A stretch of 64,000 nt of DNA from Octopus vulgaris (Eukaryota): the NCBI GenBank assembly GCA_951406725.2, contig OX597826.1:61814001-61878000 (forward strand). Direction: 5' to 3'. The position numbers and the translations under genes were made by a program. Position 1 is the stretch's first letter, and each line of letters begins with the position of its first letter. This document shows positions 25,185 through 38,790 of the stretch, piece after piece. The notes under the pieces were generated by a model, which did not search any database, was not told the DNA's origin, and saw nothing but the letters and a program-made list of their open reading frames with translations.

Positions 25185-26260
25185 ACACTACGTTACGTAA
25201 TGAAAGCTACGCTTTCGCAATGCTAGGGCAGAAAATATCTGCAAAATATCTTATGAACAAGCAGGACTCTGAAGTACTCAAACTTCCAAGACGCAACTAT
25301 AATTAACAATTATGTACATCTTCAGTAGAAGTCACAACACAAGTTGTCCAACATTGTCTATGAGGGACAACCTCCTACTATGGCAAGGCGTTGCTGCAAA
25401 ATAGATCTCAAGTTATGTTCTACTGAGGATCCCACACAAAGGGCGAAATAGCGCTATCTACAACTGCTAGGATATTTAGGAAGAAGAAAATGATTATATG
25501 AGCATAGTATTTAATAAGTTCTCTCACTCATAAGACCTCTCATAATAATAATAATAATAAAACGAAAAATTTTAAACCCTGAAGTGGTTCTCTCCGATTA
25601 AAGGGAATCTTCATCCTCTCTTCTGTTTCGTAATAAATTCTCTCATTCTCCCACTCTTACACCGAAAACAAATGTAGATAGCAGAACGAATAGTCTCCAA
25701 TCAAGATTTTTCCAAATATAAAATATCATCCGCTGGAAAGTAACTTTCACAGATAAATATAAGCAACACCTCTGCTATAGAGTACATACATAGCAGTATA
25801 AATCATATTGATACGGCATTAACTCCAAATCTTCTGGCAATTGCAAACATAACAGACCTGATATAGTTCTTTGGAACGGAAAAGAATAATCATTTACAGC
25901 CATTATGTACATCTCTTTGAAGACAAAGAGAAGCCTATCTAAGGACAACTGCAAGAAAACCTACCAATATTTACCCTGATTATAACTTTACTTTCATACC
26001 AGTAACCATTGAGGTACTCGGTTTTGTTAGAATATATCTTAGCCACAAGTTGGAGAAGTTAGGATTTTAAAGCAAAGAAAGAGACCGACTATCACGAAGT
26101 TTACAAATACAGAGTGTAAGGGGAATAAAAAAATTATGCAAGTCATTCTCTTAAATTTTGATATGTAACAATTATGTTGTTATCCGAGCTCTCCAATCAT
26201 ACAGTTTTTTTTTCTTTGTTAAAAACCAGCTCTCTCCTAAAAGTAATGATAAGAAAAAAA
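25185..26260 (+). mobile_element. Decayed 3' part of an RLE-type (R4/Dong-like) non-LTR retrotransposon
   Basis: ESYAFAM..KISAKYLMNK, CKHNRPDIVLW (PD..D restriction-like endonuclease motif), YPDYNFTFIPVTIEVLG, LQIQSV..KLCKSF. Confidence 0.75.
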
Positions 26261-26444
26261 CCCACGTATATAGATACAAATTAATCTATGACGCCCATTA
26301 TTATACTTAACACTAGACACACGCACCCCACTCATGCACACGCTTGCAGAGGTGTTATTACACCGAGCTTTAGGATTCAGATTATTAAAACAAGCTTTTG
26401 AATGATAGGCAAGTAATATGTACAGATGTATGTAAGTGTGTCTA

Positions 26445-26541
<97 letters not shown>

Positions 26542-26546
26542 GTCTA

Positions 26547-26603
<57 letters not shown>

Positions 26604-26839
26604 ATGTATAGATACGTGCGTATGTCGATATTTATATATAGTCATATATTTAATTATGTGTATATATATATATATACACAATTAAATATATGAATATACA
26701 TAATATGGACATACGCACACAGAAACCCACCCAATATAATAGCATACGCTAAATCTGTTTTGCGCTCTCTCTTTCTCTCTTTCTTTTTCTATCTATATAC
26801 ATATGTGTGTGTATGTGTGTGTGTGCATGTGTGTGTGTT

Positions 26840-26887
<48 letters not shown>

Positions 26888-27702
26888 CAAGCTAATCTAA
26901 AATTAATACGGTCATCGATTTAAAGTAATTCGATCAACTGAATAAGTCTGTAATTTGATCATATAAACCATAGTTTCTTATCCGCAGTTTGATGACGATG
27001 ATGATGATGACGAAGACAACGACGAAGACGATGATGACGATGATAATCATTACGACGATATTCATCATTACAACGACGATGACAACGATGGTATTACAGT
27101 CGTTGTCAGCGTTGATTAAATCTTTGGATTCTTTCCGTTCTGTATAAAATTTCATTATAAATTAAGGTTAAGACCAACGAGAAGCGTTATATAAAATCGC
27201 ATTTCACATATTGATTTCTGTTAACAATATCTTTAACTAATGGACTGGATCTAGAAATGAAAAATGAACCCAAGGAAATTTAATATATCGGATATCACTG
27301 ATTAAAATTAAAATAAATAAATAAATAAACGGAAGAATTGCAAAAAACACGAAGTATTTCAGTTCAGTTTTAAAATATAATTTTGATATTAGTTATATTA
27401 ATTCTTTTGTTATATCCATTCAAGAAAGGTGTGTGTGTTTGCATGTGAGTGTGTGTGAGAGAGTAGAGGGTACTTTAGTATGAACATTTGGAAACTGAAT
27501 TTATAATTTGTAATTATAATTGTATTTTGCTGTATTGTTTGCGGAATGCTGACCTAAGAACTCGCATCTCTCTTTAAAAATCCACTTCAAGTGAACGTGG
27601 TTGTTGGTTTTGATTTGCAATTCATTAAATCATATCAAATTGCAAATAATTGCATAAATACACCAAAGCGCCATATTATTTATTCATTTATTTCTTTAGT
27701 TA

Positions 27703-28026
27703 AAGACTCCGCCGGTTACGACGACGAGGGTCCCAGCTGATACGATCAACGGAACAGCTTGCTCGTGAAATTAACGTGCAAATGGCTGAGCATTCCACAG
27801 ACACGTGTACCCTTAACGTAGTTCTCGGGGAAAATCAGCGTGACACAGAGAGTGACAAGGCTGACCCTTTGAAATACAAGTACAACTCATTTTTGCCAGC
27901 TGAGTGGACTGGAGCAACGTGAAATAAAGTGTCTTGCTCAGGGACACAACGCGTCGCTGGGAATCGAACTCACAACCTTACGATCATGAGCCGAATGCCC
28001 TAACCACTAAGCCACGCGCCCTCACC
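27703..28026 (-). mobile_element. Full-length tRNA-derived SINE (family D) with 13-bp TSD
   Basis: TSD ATTTCTTTAGTTA at 27690-27702 and 28027-28039; minus strand A box TGGCTTAGTGG and B box GTTCGATTCCC; tail shared with 35910-36070. Confidence 0.92.
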
Positions 28027-28180
28027 ATTTCTTTAGTTAGTAAGTCATTGAATCGTTGATTAATGATATGAATTGCTTGATGATAGATAAATTTATTCAT
28101 TATATGGGGTAATATTTCGGTTCAAAACCTGAGTTTGATTAAAAGAGGGGAAGAAATGAGAGACATATAGAGATCTATTG

Positions 28181-28620
28181 TCTTTTATTTATTTCAGTCC
28201 TTTTACTGTGGCCATGCTGGGGTACAACCACGAACCATTTAGTCGCACAAATCACTTCATATTTCTTTTAACGTTTACAGCTTAATTTATCCGACATTTC
28301 TGTCGATCCACAAAGTTACGGGGGCATAAACATTATCAACATAAAGATTATCAAGAATTCGTAGGGGGAATACACAAATATACAAACACTGACACACACA
28401 CACACACATACATACACACACATATATGACGTCCTTCCACAGAGATTCCATCTACCAAATTCAACGCGGGGTGAAACGTCGGACTGGGACTATAATAAAA
28501 GAGGCTAATAACGTGAAATAAAGTGTCTTGCTCAAGAACCCAACACGCAGCCCGGTCTGGGATTCGAAGTCACAACCTCACGGTCGTAAGGTCGCCGCTC
28601 TGACCACTGAGTCATGCGCC
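28181..28620 (-). mobile_element. Degenerate family A SINE followed by a family D head fragment
   Basis: tttcagtc..tggccatgctgg..ctaccaaatt (A), then aacgtgaaataaagtgtcttgctcaag..accactgagtcatgcgcc (D). Confidence 0.65.
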
Positions 28621-28653
28621 TGTACACACACATATATATGTATACATATATAC

Positions 28654-28685
<32 letters not shown>

Positions 28686-29053
28686 CTATATATATATATA
28701 TATATATATAATCATATGAAGGGCTCTCTTTCAAACTCGATTCTATATTTTCTTGATGTGTTCCATTTATAGAAAGGCTTTTGCAAATAAAATAAGACTG
28801 GATTTCATTTTTGAAGTTCCGATGAGGATATAATGTCATACACAAGCACTCAACTATGAAGGCATTACGTCTTATGGCAGAAACTGCGCTAAGCTAATGA
28901 GATTCATTACTATTTTTTGTTCCATTGTCATTTACTTAATCTCTTATTACGTTCTGCGTTCGACTAACGCTTTTCTCTGATATAGAGTTCTAACACCAAG
29001 TTATTAATATCGCCATGTCTATACGAAATATTGATATACATGCATATATATAC

Positions 29054-29179
<126 letters not shown>

Positions 29180-29633
29180 AGACCTGTATAAATATAGTCC
29201 CCCATACACATACACACTCACATACAAACAAAAATGTAATAAAAACTTGCATATATTTGTGTACACTTACACAACGAGGTCTTATGCTTTGTCCATTAAT
29301 GTCGATGTTAATATACGGATTGCAACCGATCGTAAATTATAAGTAACACTAAATATCGTTCATGTCCAGCTGACATAATTGCATATTACATATTGAACAG
29401 AGACGAGCTGAAGAAAAACATCTTTGAGACTAACTTTTCAATACATTTCTAGTCTTTCAATATAATTAAAAGCGCAGAGGCCGGCTGATTTTCTTCCAGT
29501 AGTAAAATGCTTTAATCAGAAGCGATATTTCATAAAGATATGAGAAGTTGATTAAATTTAAGCTCACAACATATAAATCTATACGAGAGATTTATCTGTC
29601 TATCTGACTGTTTGCATGAGTGTCTCTCACGAC

Positions 29634-29767
<134 letters not shown>

Positions 29768-29898
29768 GCCTGTCTATCTGTCTTTCTATGTATGAGCTGC
29801 TTATCTGCTTAATCTTTTATCAGTTACCCCCTATATATCATATTATTTAATATCTCTGTCTGTCACACTTACTCTCCCTGTTTGTCTCTATATTTATA

Positions 29899-29981
<83 letters not shown>

Positions 29982-30009
29982 AATGCCCACATATACACAT
30001 GCATATTGT

Positions 30010-30064
<55 letters not shown>

Positions 30065-30067
<3 letters not shown>

Positions 30068-30621
30068 GCCCTGATGCAGTACCAGGCAGTGGCTCTCATG
30101 GCTTCTGATCTTAACTGATTGGAAGTGTTATCATGTACATAGTTTTGTCTTGGTATAAAAGATGGGCTACAGCAAATATTCTGCTCAATACCACAGATTT
30201 GCTTGTCAGTTGTTTGACCTTAACCAGTTGAACATGCCCCTTAGTGACTGACGATATGTGCATCCCTGATCACGAGCAGAAGTAGTGGGGGAGCATCATA
30301 GCCATGTGTTGAGAGGGATTCTTTGGGGTTTGAATAATTCACCTCTGGAAACATGGGTGGTTCTTTCAACATTCTTAAACAACCCTTATTCAGGGACCGT
30401 TTGAGCGGGATGGGCTACTCAACCTGAAGAAAATTCTAACTGGGCCCCACCTGCAAGGTCATGTGCTGTTTATCTTGATATGAGATCACCATGTCGCGCA
30501 CATATGGTTGTGATGCATGTGCCTGGTGTACCCTTATCAGACAGGTAGTCATGATGGGTATATTGGGCTTCGTATATTTTACCCCAGTGTCACTTTGATG
30601 GCATGAACTGCTCTCTCACTC
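30065..30621 (+). mobile_element. About 560-bp non-coding interspersed element embedded in a (TAA)n microsatellite
   Basis: Pure (TAA)n on both sides (30013-30064, 30622-30653); a diverged reverse copy of its middle lies at about 62530-62700. Orientation is assumed. Confidence 0.7.
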
Positions 30622-30649
<28 letters not shown>

Positions 30650-30654
<5 letters not shown>

Positions 30655-30776
30655 CTTAAACCTTATAAGCGATCACCGCGTAGTGGCTAAAGAAAATAAT
30701 GTAAATTTGGGGCATATAAGCCCCTAATATTTTCACTAGCAAATACACGGTAATCGCTTATCAGCTTTAAGTTTAT
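30650..30776. repeat. Short fold-back (MITE-like) element
   Basis: ATAAACTTAAACCTTATAAGCGATCACCGCGTA vs reverse complement of TACACGGTAATCGCTTATCAGCTTTAAGTTTAT (29/33 identical), plus an internal GGGGC..GCCCC hairpin. Confidence 0.75.
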
Positions 30777-30813
30777 AGTTATAATTATTTACAAAATTGC
30801 CACGCAGATACAC

Positions 30814-30848
<35 letters not shown>

Positions 30849-31529
30849 ATACACACATTACATGGAAAAATGCGTGTAAAAGAAATATTCTTAAGATTAT
30901 AAACCTGGAAAATCAGATGACAAGTTATTATACTTGGAAAACTTCAGGACAACTAATTACATCTTGTAAAGTACAGCACGAGAAAAGATTTCCTTAAAAT
31001 ATTGCAGTTATGGATAAAATTTCAAATAAAATATTTAGATTTAGAAAATATTACCTTTTAATAAAACTAAAAATTTATTACAAGTTATTTCTATTTGTTA
31101 TTATTTGTTACTTCTATCAACAAAAAAAATCAATTAAAATATTTTTTGCACTTTAAAAAATTCATTTTTTTAATTATTAATTAATAATCAGAAATATGAA
31201 AATAGGCTATAAAAATAATAGTACGTAATTAGTTAGTACAATATACAGAATAATACAAAAATTACCTATAACAACAAATTCACATCAAAATTTGCTTGAG
31301 TTATTGCCAAATCTTCGCATTTTTAATCGTGACCCAATGCCTATTTTTTACATATCGAATTTGCCTACCATATATACTATTCTACTTTGAATAAAACTTC
31401 AGCTATAGTGTTACTTCTGGCTCTCATTTTTTAAGTATTCTAGTGTGTCAATATTTTAACAAAATGACGCTACTTTTTTTAATTATAATGTTACTTTGTA
31501 AATTAAAATCAAATAAATTATATATATGT

Positions 31530-31705
31530 ATTCTTTTATTCTTTTACTTGTTTCAGTCATTTGACCCCGGGACTTATTCTTTGTAAGCCCAGTATTTATT
31601 CTATCGGTTTCTTTTGCCGAACCGCTAAGTGACGGGGACGTAAACACTCCAGCATCGGTTGTCAACCAATGCTAGGGGGACAAACATAGACATACACACA
31701 CACAT

Positions 31706-31738
<33 letters not shown>

Positions 31739-31895
31739 CATATATACGACATACTTCTTTCAGTTTCCGTCTACCAAATCCACTCACAAGGCATTGGTCG
31801 GCCCGGGGCTATAGCAGAAGACACTTGCCCAAGATGCCACCCGGAACCATGTGGTTGGTTAGCAAAATACTTACCACACAGCCACTCCTGCGCCT
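31530..31895 (-). mobile_element. SINE family A copy (internal deletions)
   Basis: Reverse complement closely matching 33140-33536. Confidence 0.9.
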
Positions 31896-33139
31896 ATATA
31901 TATATATATATATATTTATGGTGTAATGAATATGGTGGAACCCGACATGGGCAAAGTTATAAATGATAGCCTAAATAATATTGTGCTAAGACACTAGTTG
32001 TATGGATAAAGCTGAACGTTGATCGGCGGATTCTAACCATATAATCTGTGAATTGAACATATGATAGGTGCTCATAGCATTACACAAATGCATGCAACAC
32101 CTTGAATTTTCTCGAGTCTACTTTACTTCAGTTTCGAAACACTCATAATGTAAACATCTTACGTATCTTGCTGGTAAGAACAAAACTTACAAAATAGGTG
32201 GAAAAAATTCAAAAATATTTTGCTTGATTTAATGATTTTGTGTGTGTGTGTGTTTGTGAGTTTATGTGTGTACGTGTGCGCGTTTGTGTGTAGATGTGTG
32301 TATATATTTAATATATATATTGTACATGTGCATACAGAATGTAAACAAGGGCAAACGTACAAACAATATATATACATTTATATATTTTTGTTATATATTT
32401 TAATATGTGTATGTGCATGTGTGTGAGCGTGCTTTTTTGTATAAAGATATATTTAATATTTAATTAACTTAGTGTCACTATATTTAATGTAACCACAAAA
32501 ATACTAAAAATAATTACATCATAGTAATTTTATTACAGTGAAATAATTTGTAACTGTATTTATAAATATTTATTACAAAATCATAAATTCTCCGCCATCT
32601 GTCTATTTATCTTTCAACACACGTTCTGTTAAATATAAATGTATGAATGTATTCTGTTTCTAAAAGATTTTCTAACATAGGTTCTCATACTCCAAGGTAC
32701 TTGAGCAGGTTTACAGCATTGTTGAATCTTCTGTGAAACGTAATGAATATAAAATGTGAGTTTTCACGGTTCAGGTCGAAGAAGGGATCTACGGCTGGTA
32801 TATGTGCCTGATTAATTTTTAAATACCACTAAGTAAAATCCAATTTAGTCTTCCTATTTCGAGAAACAACTTGATAGATTTCTATATTGTATATCTGAAT
32901 CATTCACACTGTCCGTCGCTACAGGGACTTCACAGATAAGTCAATATTTAATATATTTCCCTAAAGATAAAGTAAATGTCATGAACTTTTCTCCAGTAAA
33001 TGAAGCTCAAAGTGTCCGAACGAATACTGTAAGAATAATCAAATAATGTAAGTATTGATTTCGTACACTCAGACGGTATTTTAAAACTCTACTGATGACG
33101 CAGAAAAGTAAAATGAAAACGATTATTAAAAAAAAAACA

Positions 33140-33536
33140 GGCGCTGGAGTGGCTGCGTGGTAAGTAGCTTGCTAACCAACCACATGGTTCCGGGTTCAGT
33201 CCCACTGCGTGGCATCTTGGGCAAGTGTCTTCTACTATAGCCCCGGGCCGACCAATGCCCTGTGAGTGGATTTGGTAGACGGAAACTGAAAGAAGCCTGT
33301 CGTATATATGTATATATATGTGTGTGTATGTGTTTGTGTGATTGTCCCCCTAGCATTGGTTGACAACCGATGCTGGTGTGTTTACGTCCCCGTCACTTAC
33401 CGGTTCGGCAAAAGAGACCGATAGAATAAGTACTGGGCTTACAAAGAATAAGTCCCGGGGTCGATTTGCTCGATTAAAGGCGGTGCTCCAGCATGACCGC
33501 AGTGAAATGACTGAAACAAGTAAAAGAGTAAAAGAG
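33140..33536 (+). mobile_element. Near-complete SINE family A copy
   Basis: Intact head, B box GGTTCAGTCCC, core, internal microsatellite and (GTAAAAGA)2 tail. Confidence 0.92.
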
Positions 33537-34729
33537 CTCTAAATATATCCCTTAATGTCCTACAAGAAAGAGTTCCCTTCTTGATACCAATGGTTTATTT
33601 GTATCAGGAAACAGGATAATCCGATTACTAAACAGTACTATATGTATTTTTTGTGTATTTGGTTTGCAACGCTCTCGATGTGAACTCGTCTGTTAAAAAT
33701 AATTTGTTACACCACGGGAGGGTCATTATATCAATAATAAAAGCAATCACTGGTTCTATTTCACTTCTTTGTTATTTGTCGATTGGCAATCTATTGAACT
33801 AAGCGATTGTATGATTAATCGTTCGGTCCATTAATCAATCACCCAAGTTTGTCAAAGTCCCTTTTTTTTTACCGCTCGCGACATCTTCAATGACATATCA
33901 TCTCTAATCCTGTTCTAAGCAGACATGGGGGCCCTAGGTTCAATAAACGGTAGGAATTTTGGCGAAAAAATAATCTCGGGATAAATCGAGCAGATATACT
34001 TCCTTCAGAACAAAGGTTTGTTTTTTCAAAAACAAAAACTAGAAAAACAAGGAAATTTTTATTTTATAGAATATTATAAAAGTTTCGTTTCCAGTTGTCA
34101 ATAATAATTCAGCCGTAATATATCATAAGAATGCTATGCTACGGTTGAATAATTCCAAGTCTAGACTATGCTGCGTCTTAAATATTTATATATAAATACG
34201 CGAGAGTATGAAGACACTTCCAACACTCATGTGTTTATATTGTTATTTTTCATTTTATGTCCGGTCTCTTCATAATTACCATCGAAGAAGCCTACTGAGC
34301 AGTAATGAAGCTAATAAGAAAATGATAAGACTATTTCCTCAAAGGTCCGATGATGGTCGAAACCTACCTTGTACTTACTGGGTGTGCCCTCCTCCATATT
34401 TTGATAAGGTATGAGAGATGAATATTAGTCTAGCATTTTAGAATAAGGTAACTCTTATACAAATATCAAAAGTGATAATTTGGCCGACAAAAGTTTTGTC
34501 TCGGTTTAAGTGAAACAGTAATGCAGATGTTAGTGAATTTCACAACGAATAAAATCCACTTAATACTGCTGTTGACAATGAAAAATCATTGACCTGGAAT
34601 AAGATTTAAATCTTATGTGAATGTCTGAATATGGCTCCATCCATATCGATTTGTAAATAAACAGTCGGATGACATGTCAATTGCGGAGCGTGCTCCACAT
34701 TTACGTCGTATATGCTAAGTATGTATATC

Positions 34730-35097
34730 AGGGCTCACTTTCTTTCTCTCTCAAACATGCATAGGCTTTTCTTCCCACGGATAAACCTTACTTGCTTTCC
34801 CCTTTACACCATACATCATGACACTGTGATACACGATCCATATTGATCGTTTTTTTTTCCTCTTCCTCTTTTTTCCTCTTTTTTCTTCTTTTTTCATTTT
34901 TCTTTCCATTTGTTCCTTTTCCCTTTTTTTTCTTTTCCTTTTTTTTCTTTTTTTCTTTTTTTTGTTTTGTTCTTTTTTCCCTTTTACGATCCCTTTTGAT
35001 CGAAAACCTACGCCACCTTTTTTTCCTCCCCCCAAAGAAAAGCTCTACCTTGTAACTTGTCCCATCTGTGTGCAGCCCTGTGTGGCCAATAAAGAAA
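34730..35097 (+). mobile_element. Probable LINE 3' UTR/tail remnant
   Basis: Long polypyrimidine tract, then TTGTCCCATCTGTGTGCAGCCCTGTGTGGCCAATAAAGAAA and a (TATC)n run. Confidence 0.45.
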
Positions 35098-35098
35098 C

Positions 35099-35166
<68 letters not shown>

Positions 35167-35205
35167 TCATCCATCCATCTATCTATCGATTTATCTGTCA
35201 GTCTG

Positions 35206-35269
<64 letters not shown>

Positions 35270-35693
35270 CCTGTCTGACTGTCAATCAATCAATCAATCA
35301 ATCAATCAGTCAATAAATCCATAAATAAATAAATCAATCAACCAATTAAACTATCTATATATCTATCTGTTTACCTATCTATCAATACATATGTAAATAC
35401 ATTTTTTTTATTTGTAGCAGTCATTGGAATACGCCATGCTGGAGTCACCGCCTTGAAGGCTTCAGTCAGACAAATACAACCCAGCACTTATTATTTCATG
35501 CATGGTACCTATTCCATCGGTATCTTGTGCCGAACCACTGTGTTAGACACTTGCTCAAGGTGCAACACTTTGGGATTGAACCTGAAACCACGTGTTTGCA
35601 AAATGATTTTCTCGACTACACGGCCATGTCTGCGCTTGCATCTTCCTCTCACTCTCTCCACGTATATGTATATACATATGTGTATGTATATAT

Positions 35694-36073
35694 GTGGAGG
35701 CGCAATGGCCCAGTGGTTAGGGCAGCGGACTCGTGGTCATAGAATCGCGGTTTCGATTCCCAGACCGGGCGTTGTGAGTGTTTATTGAGCGAAAACACCT
35801 AAAGCTCCACGAGGCTCCGGCAGGAGATGGTGGTGATCCCTGCTATACTCTTTCACCACAACATTCTCTCTCTTACTTCCTGTTTCTGTTGTACCTGTAT
35901 TTCAAAGGGTCGGCCTTGTCACTCTCTGTGTCACGCTGAATATCTCCGAGAACTACGTTAAGGGTACACATGTCTGTGAAGTGCTCAGCCACTTACACGT
36001 TAATTTCACGAGCAGGCTGTTCCGTTGATTCGGATCAACCGGAACCCTCGTTGTCGTAACCGACGGAGTGCTT

Positions 36074-36075
<2 letters not shown>
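35694..36075 (+). mobile_element. Full-length tRNA-derived SINE, family C
   Basis: A box TGGCCCAGTGG, B box GTTTCGATTCC, body and tail ending GACGGAGTGCTTCC before (CA)n. A deleted family A copy (-) precedes it at about 35405-35640. Confidence 0.9.
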
Positions 36076-36152
<77 letters not shown>

Positions 36153-36557
36153 TGTGTATATATTTATATATATATATGCACATACACTTATTCATAATAT
36201 ACGCTTGTGTGCGCGCGTGTATTTGCTTGTATTAATATTTGTGCTTCTCTGTGTTAACATTGACATATCTTTCTTATATAAGAAAAGTAGGCAACAGGAA
36301 ATAATTGAAGTGTATGTCCTCTCTGAGAGAGAGATAGTGCAGAATCTCTAAACGTCACCAAGACTTCCTTTGTCTGGCGATCACTTCACGTGATCGGCGT
36401 TACTAAGTATTATATAACCGAATCGATAATAACAATAACAACAGCACCAACTACGATAAAAATAACAACAAGAACAAAAACAACAAATACACCTGAAACT
36501 TTAAATACTGCTACAAAGTCGACCAATGTAATTCAGTGTAATATCTTTGTGTCTTAC

Positions 36558-36647
36558 CTCGCCAGACTATCGGAACACATGCATCACAACTGAAGTTTAA
36601 GGATTCGTTGTCAGGCTCGTACAGTGCAACAACTTGCATTTTGCCAC
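36558..36647 (-). CDS. GABA-B-R3: Internal exon (90 nt, phase 1-1) of the GABA-B receptor-like gene
   Basis: Acceptor atcattacag|GT, donor CGAG|gtaaga. Encodes (G)GKMQVVALYEPDNESLNFSCDACVPIVWR(G); the VALYxP...CxxC...W pattern resembles invertebrate GABA-B-R3. Confidence 0.9.
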
Positions 36648-37749
36648 CTGTAATGATATCAAAAGGAGACAATGGATGAACCTATCTCGATCTGCTAGAA
36701 ATAGCGTCTAATTCTCTTCTGAAACAAATCGTACAATTTTAAATAGAATAGGTAAAAACATTGGATAATCACAGGTGGATCGTCTTAATTCACATGCATG
36801 TATAAGTTTGTTCGAAACCCATCTTATTAACGCGATGTATACAGCTCACGTTACGCATTTGCTCGGCTTGTACAAGAAAAGTATTGCTCGAGCTGTACGA
36901 GAAAAATATTGGTTTTGTGTACTCTGTGAAGTTCTTTAAATCTGTCACCCGTTTCTCTTCCCAGATGCATCGTTTCTCTGTTAAGCTTTCTGTTAGATAT
37001 TAATTCTCTTCTTGTAATAGGTTCTTCTCTTGAACTGATGTTCTTTGGAACTGACTACTCTGGTCTTGCTTCTCTTTGGTATACAAAAATTAGACTTTCG
37101 AGTTTTCTGTCAATCGAAGTTGTTAGCCCGCTTTCTTTTCCTTCCCTGAGGCTCAGTACTTTGTGCTGAAAAAAGTTCTTTTAAATCATATCCCACAGTC
37201 TAAAAAGAAAAGAGAAATTGAATAATTTGATCCTACGTATACACAAGGTGGTGATGATCACGGCAAGAACGTCTTTGATCATAGATATTCTCATTCCTGA
37301 TTAATCTGGACTTAAACAGCAATAATCAGATTAAAATCTCACCATGAAATGGAAGAGGATTCAACTGGCCAATCACTGTCGTTGATGATGCTAATGTTTT
37401 TGTTGTTGATGCTAATGTTGCTATAGTAATTGCTGATGCAATTACTCAATACAGCTGAAAGCCGAGCAGATACGAAATGTATATTTGTGTACCAATGTTG
37501 CAGATCATAATCGAGATATTGTAAAGTGGAGCACGAAGTTGTCGCGTACACTAAATATCTGGCAGAATTTAATCTCTATATTCTGCATTGAAATTGCGCA
37601 TGAACATTTGCTTCCCGTCTGATGTGGAAAATTGTAAATTCCAGTAATATATTCAGGAATGATAAACTTTACATCACCCATCGGCATTTATAAGCAAGTG
37701 TCACTATCAGAAGGACAATGTTATTAACATAATGTATTATTAATGTTAT

Positions 37750-38790
37750 TGAGGTAGTAAGGACGATTAATTCGCAAGTGCCTATTTTTTACTGCGCTTT
37801 AGCTTTTAGGTTCAATTCGTGCCCAGGTCAAATTCGACTTCGGTATTTCAAGGATTAGATAAAATAAAGACTAGTCTGGCACTATGGTCGATGGGATCGG
37901 CTAATCCCCTAATATTATTATAATTAAGACGGCGAGCTGTCAAAATTGTTAGCGCATCGAAGAAAAAAAAAGTGGCATTTCTACCGCATCTGTACATTCT
38001 GAGTACATTTGCATTTACCTCCTGCCGCAGTCAACTTTTCCTTTCTTCCTTATACTGGCATTGGTGTTATCGAGTTAACCCCGCTCCCACTAAAATTACT
38101 GCCATGGTGGGAATATCTGAAACAATTTTATTTTCATTTCAACTCGAAAACCGAGTCTATCGAATCATTTATTAATATAATTTTTGTTAATTTAACATTT
38201 CTTTAATTGCAGCTAAGTTCTGTTGTTTAAAAATGGTGTCTAGTTTTTAAAATAAATATCAACATACATAAGAAGAAAAAAATTATACTTTTCTTAGTTG
38301 ACCTATTATCAATCTTTTACTGTTTTAAGGATTGCAGCCGCCGACTGAATTGTTAGACCATCGGACGAAATATTTAGTGTTATTTCTTCCGACTTATTAC
38401 GTTTTGACTTCATATTTCGCCGGGGGTCAACTTTATTTTTCATCTTTCAGAGATCGATAAAATAAGCACCACTGTAGTACTGTGGTACTTCGGTCGATGT
38501 AAACGACAACCCATCCCCTTAAAATTGCAGGTGTTGTAACAAAATTCGAAACCATTATTGCCTTTAGAAAGGTTGCGGGTAGCAGAATCGTAAACATTCC
38601 GTATTCAGTGGTTAGCGCCACTCTGCCAGCTTCAAACTCTGAACTCAAATTCTGCCGAAGACCGAAGTCGACTTTGCCTATCATTCTTTCGAAGTTAATA
38701 AAATAAAAACCAGTTGCGCACTGGGTTCGTTGTAATAGATTAGCCCCATCCACCAAAATTTCAGACTTTGTACCTTCTGTAAGAAAGAAT
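37750..38790 (+). mobile_element. Cluster of about four degenerate, same-orientation family B SINEs
   Basis: Family B core/tail recurs at about 37750-37910, 37926-38125, 38327-38555 and 38567-38790 (e.g. gtcgactttgcctatcattctttcg, aaaattcgaaacca). Confidence 0.65.

Noticed and set aside
34342-34370. Hammerhead-like AAGGT-CCGATGA-TGGTC-GAAAC-CT-ACCTT
   Set aside because: No stem II and no valid stem III/NUH geometry.
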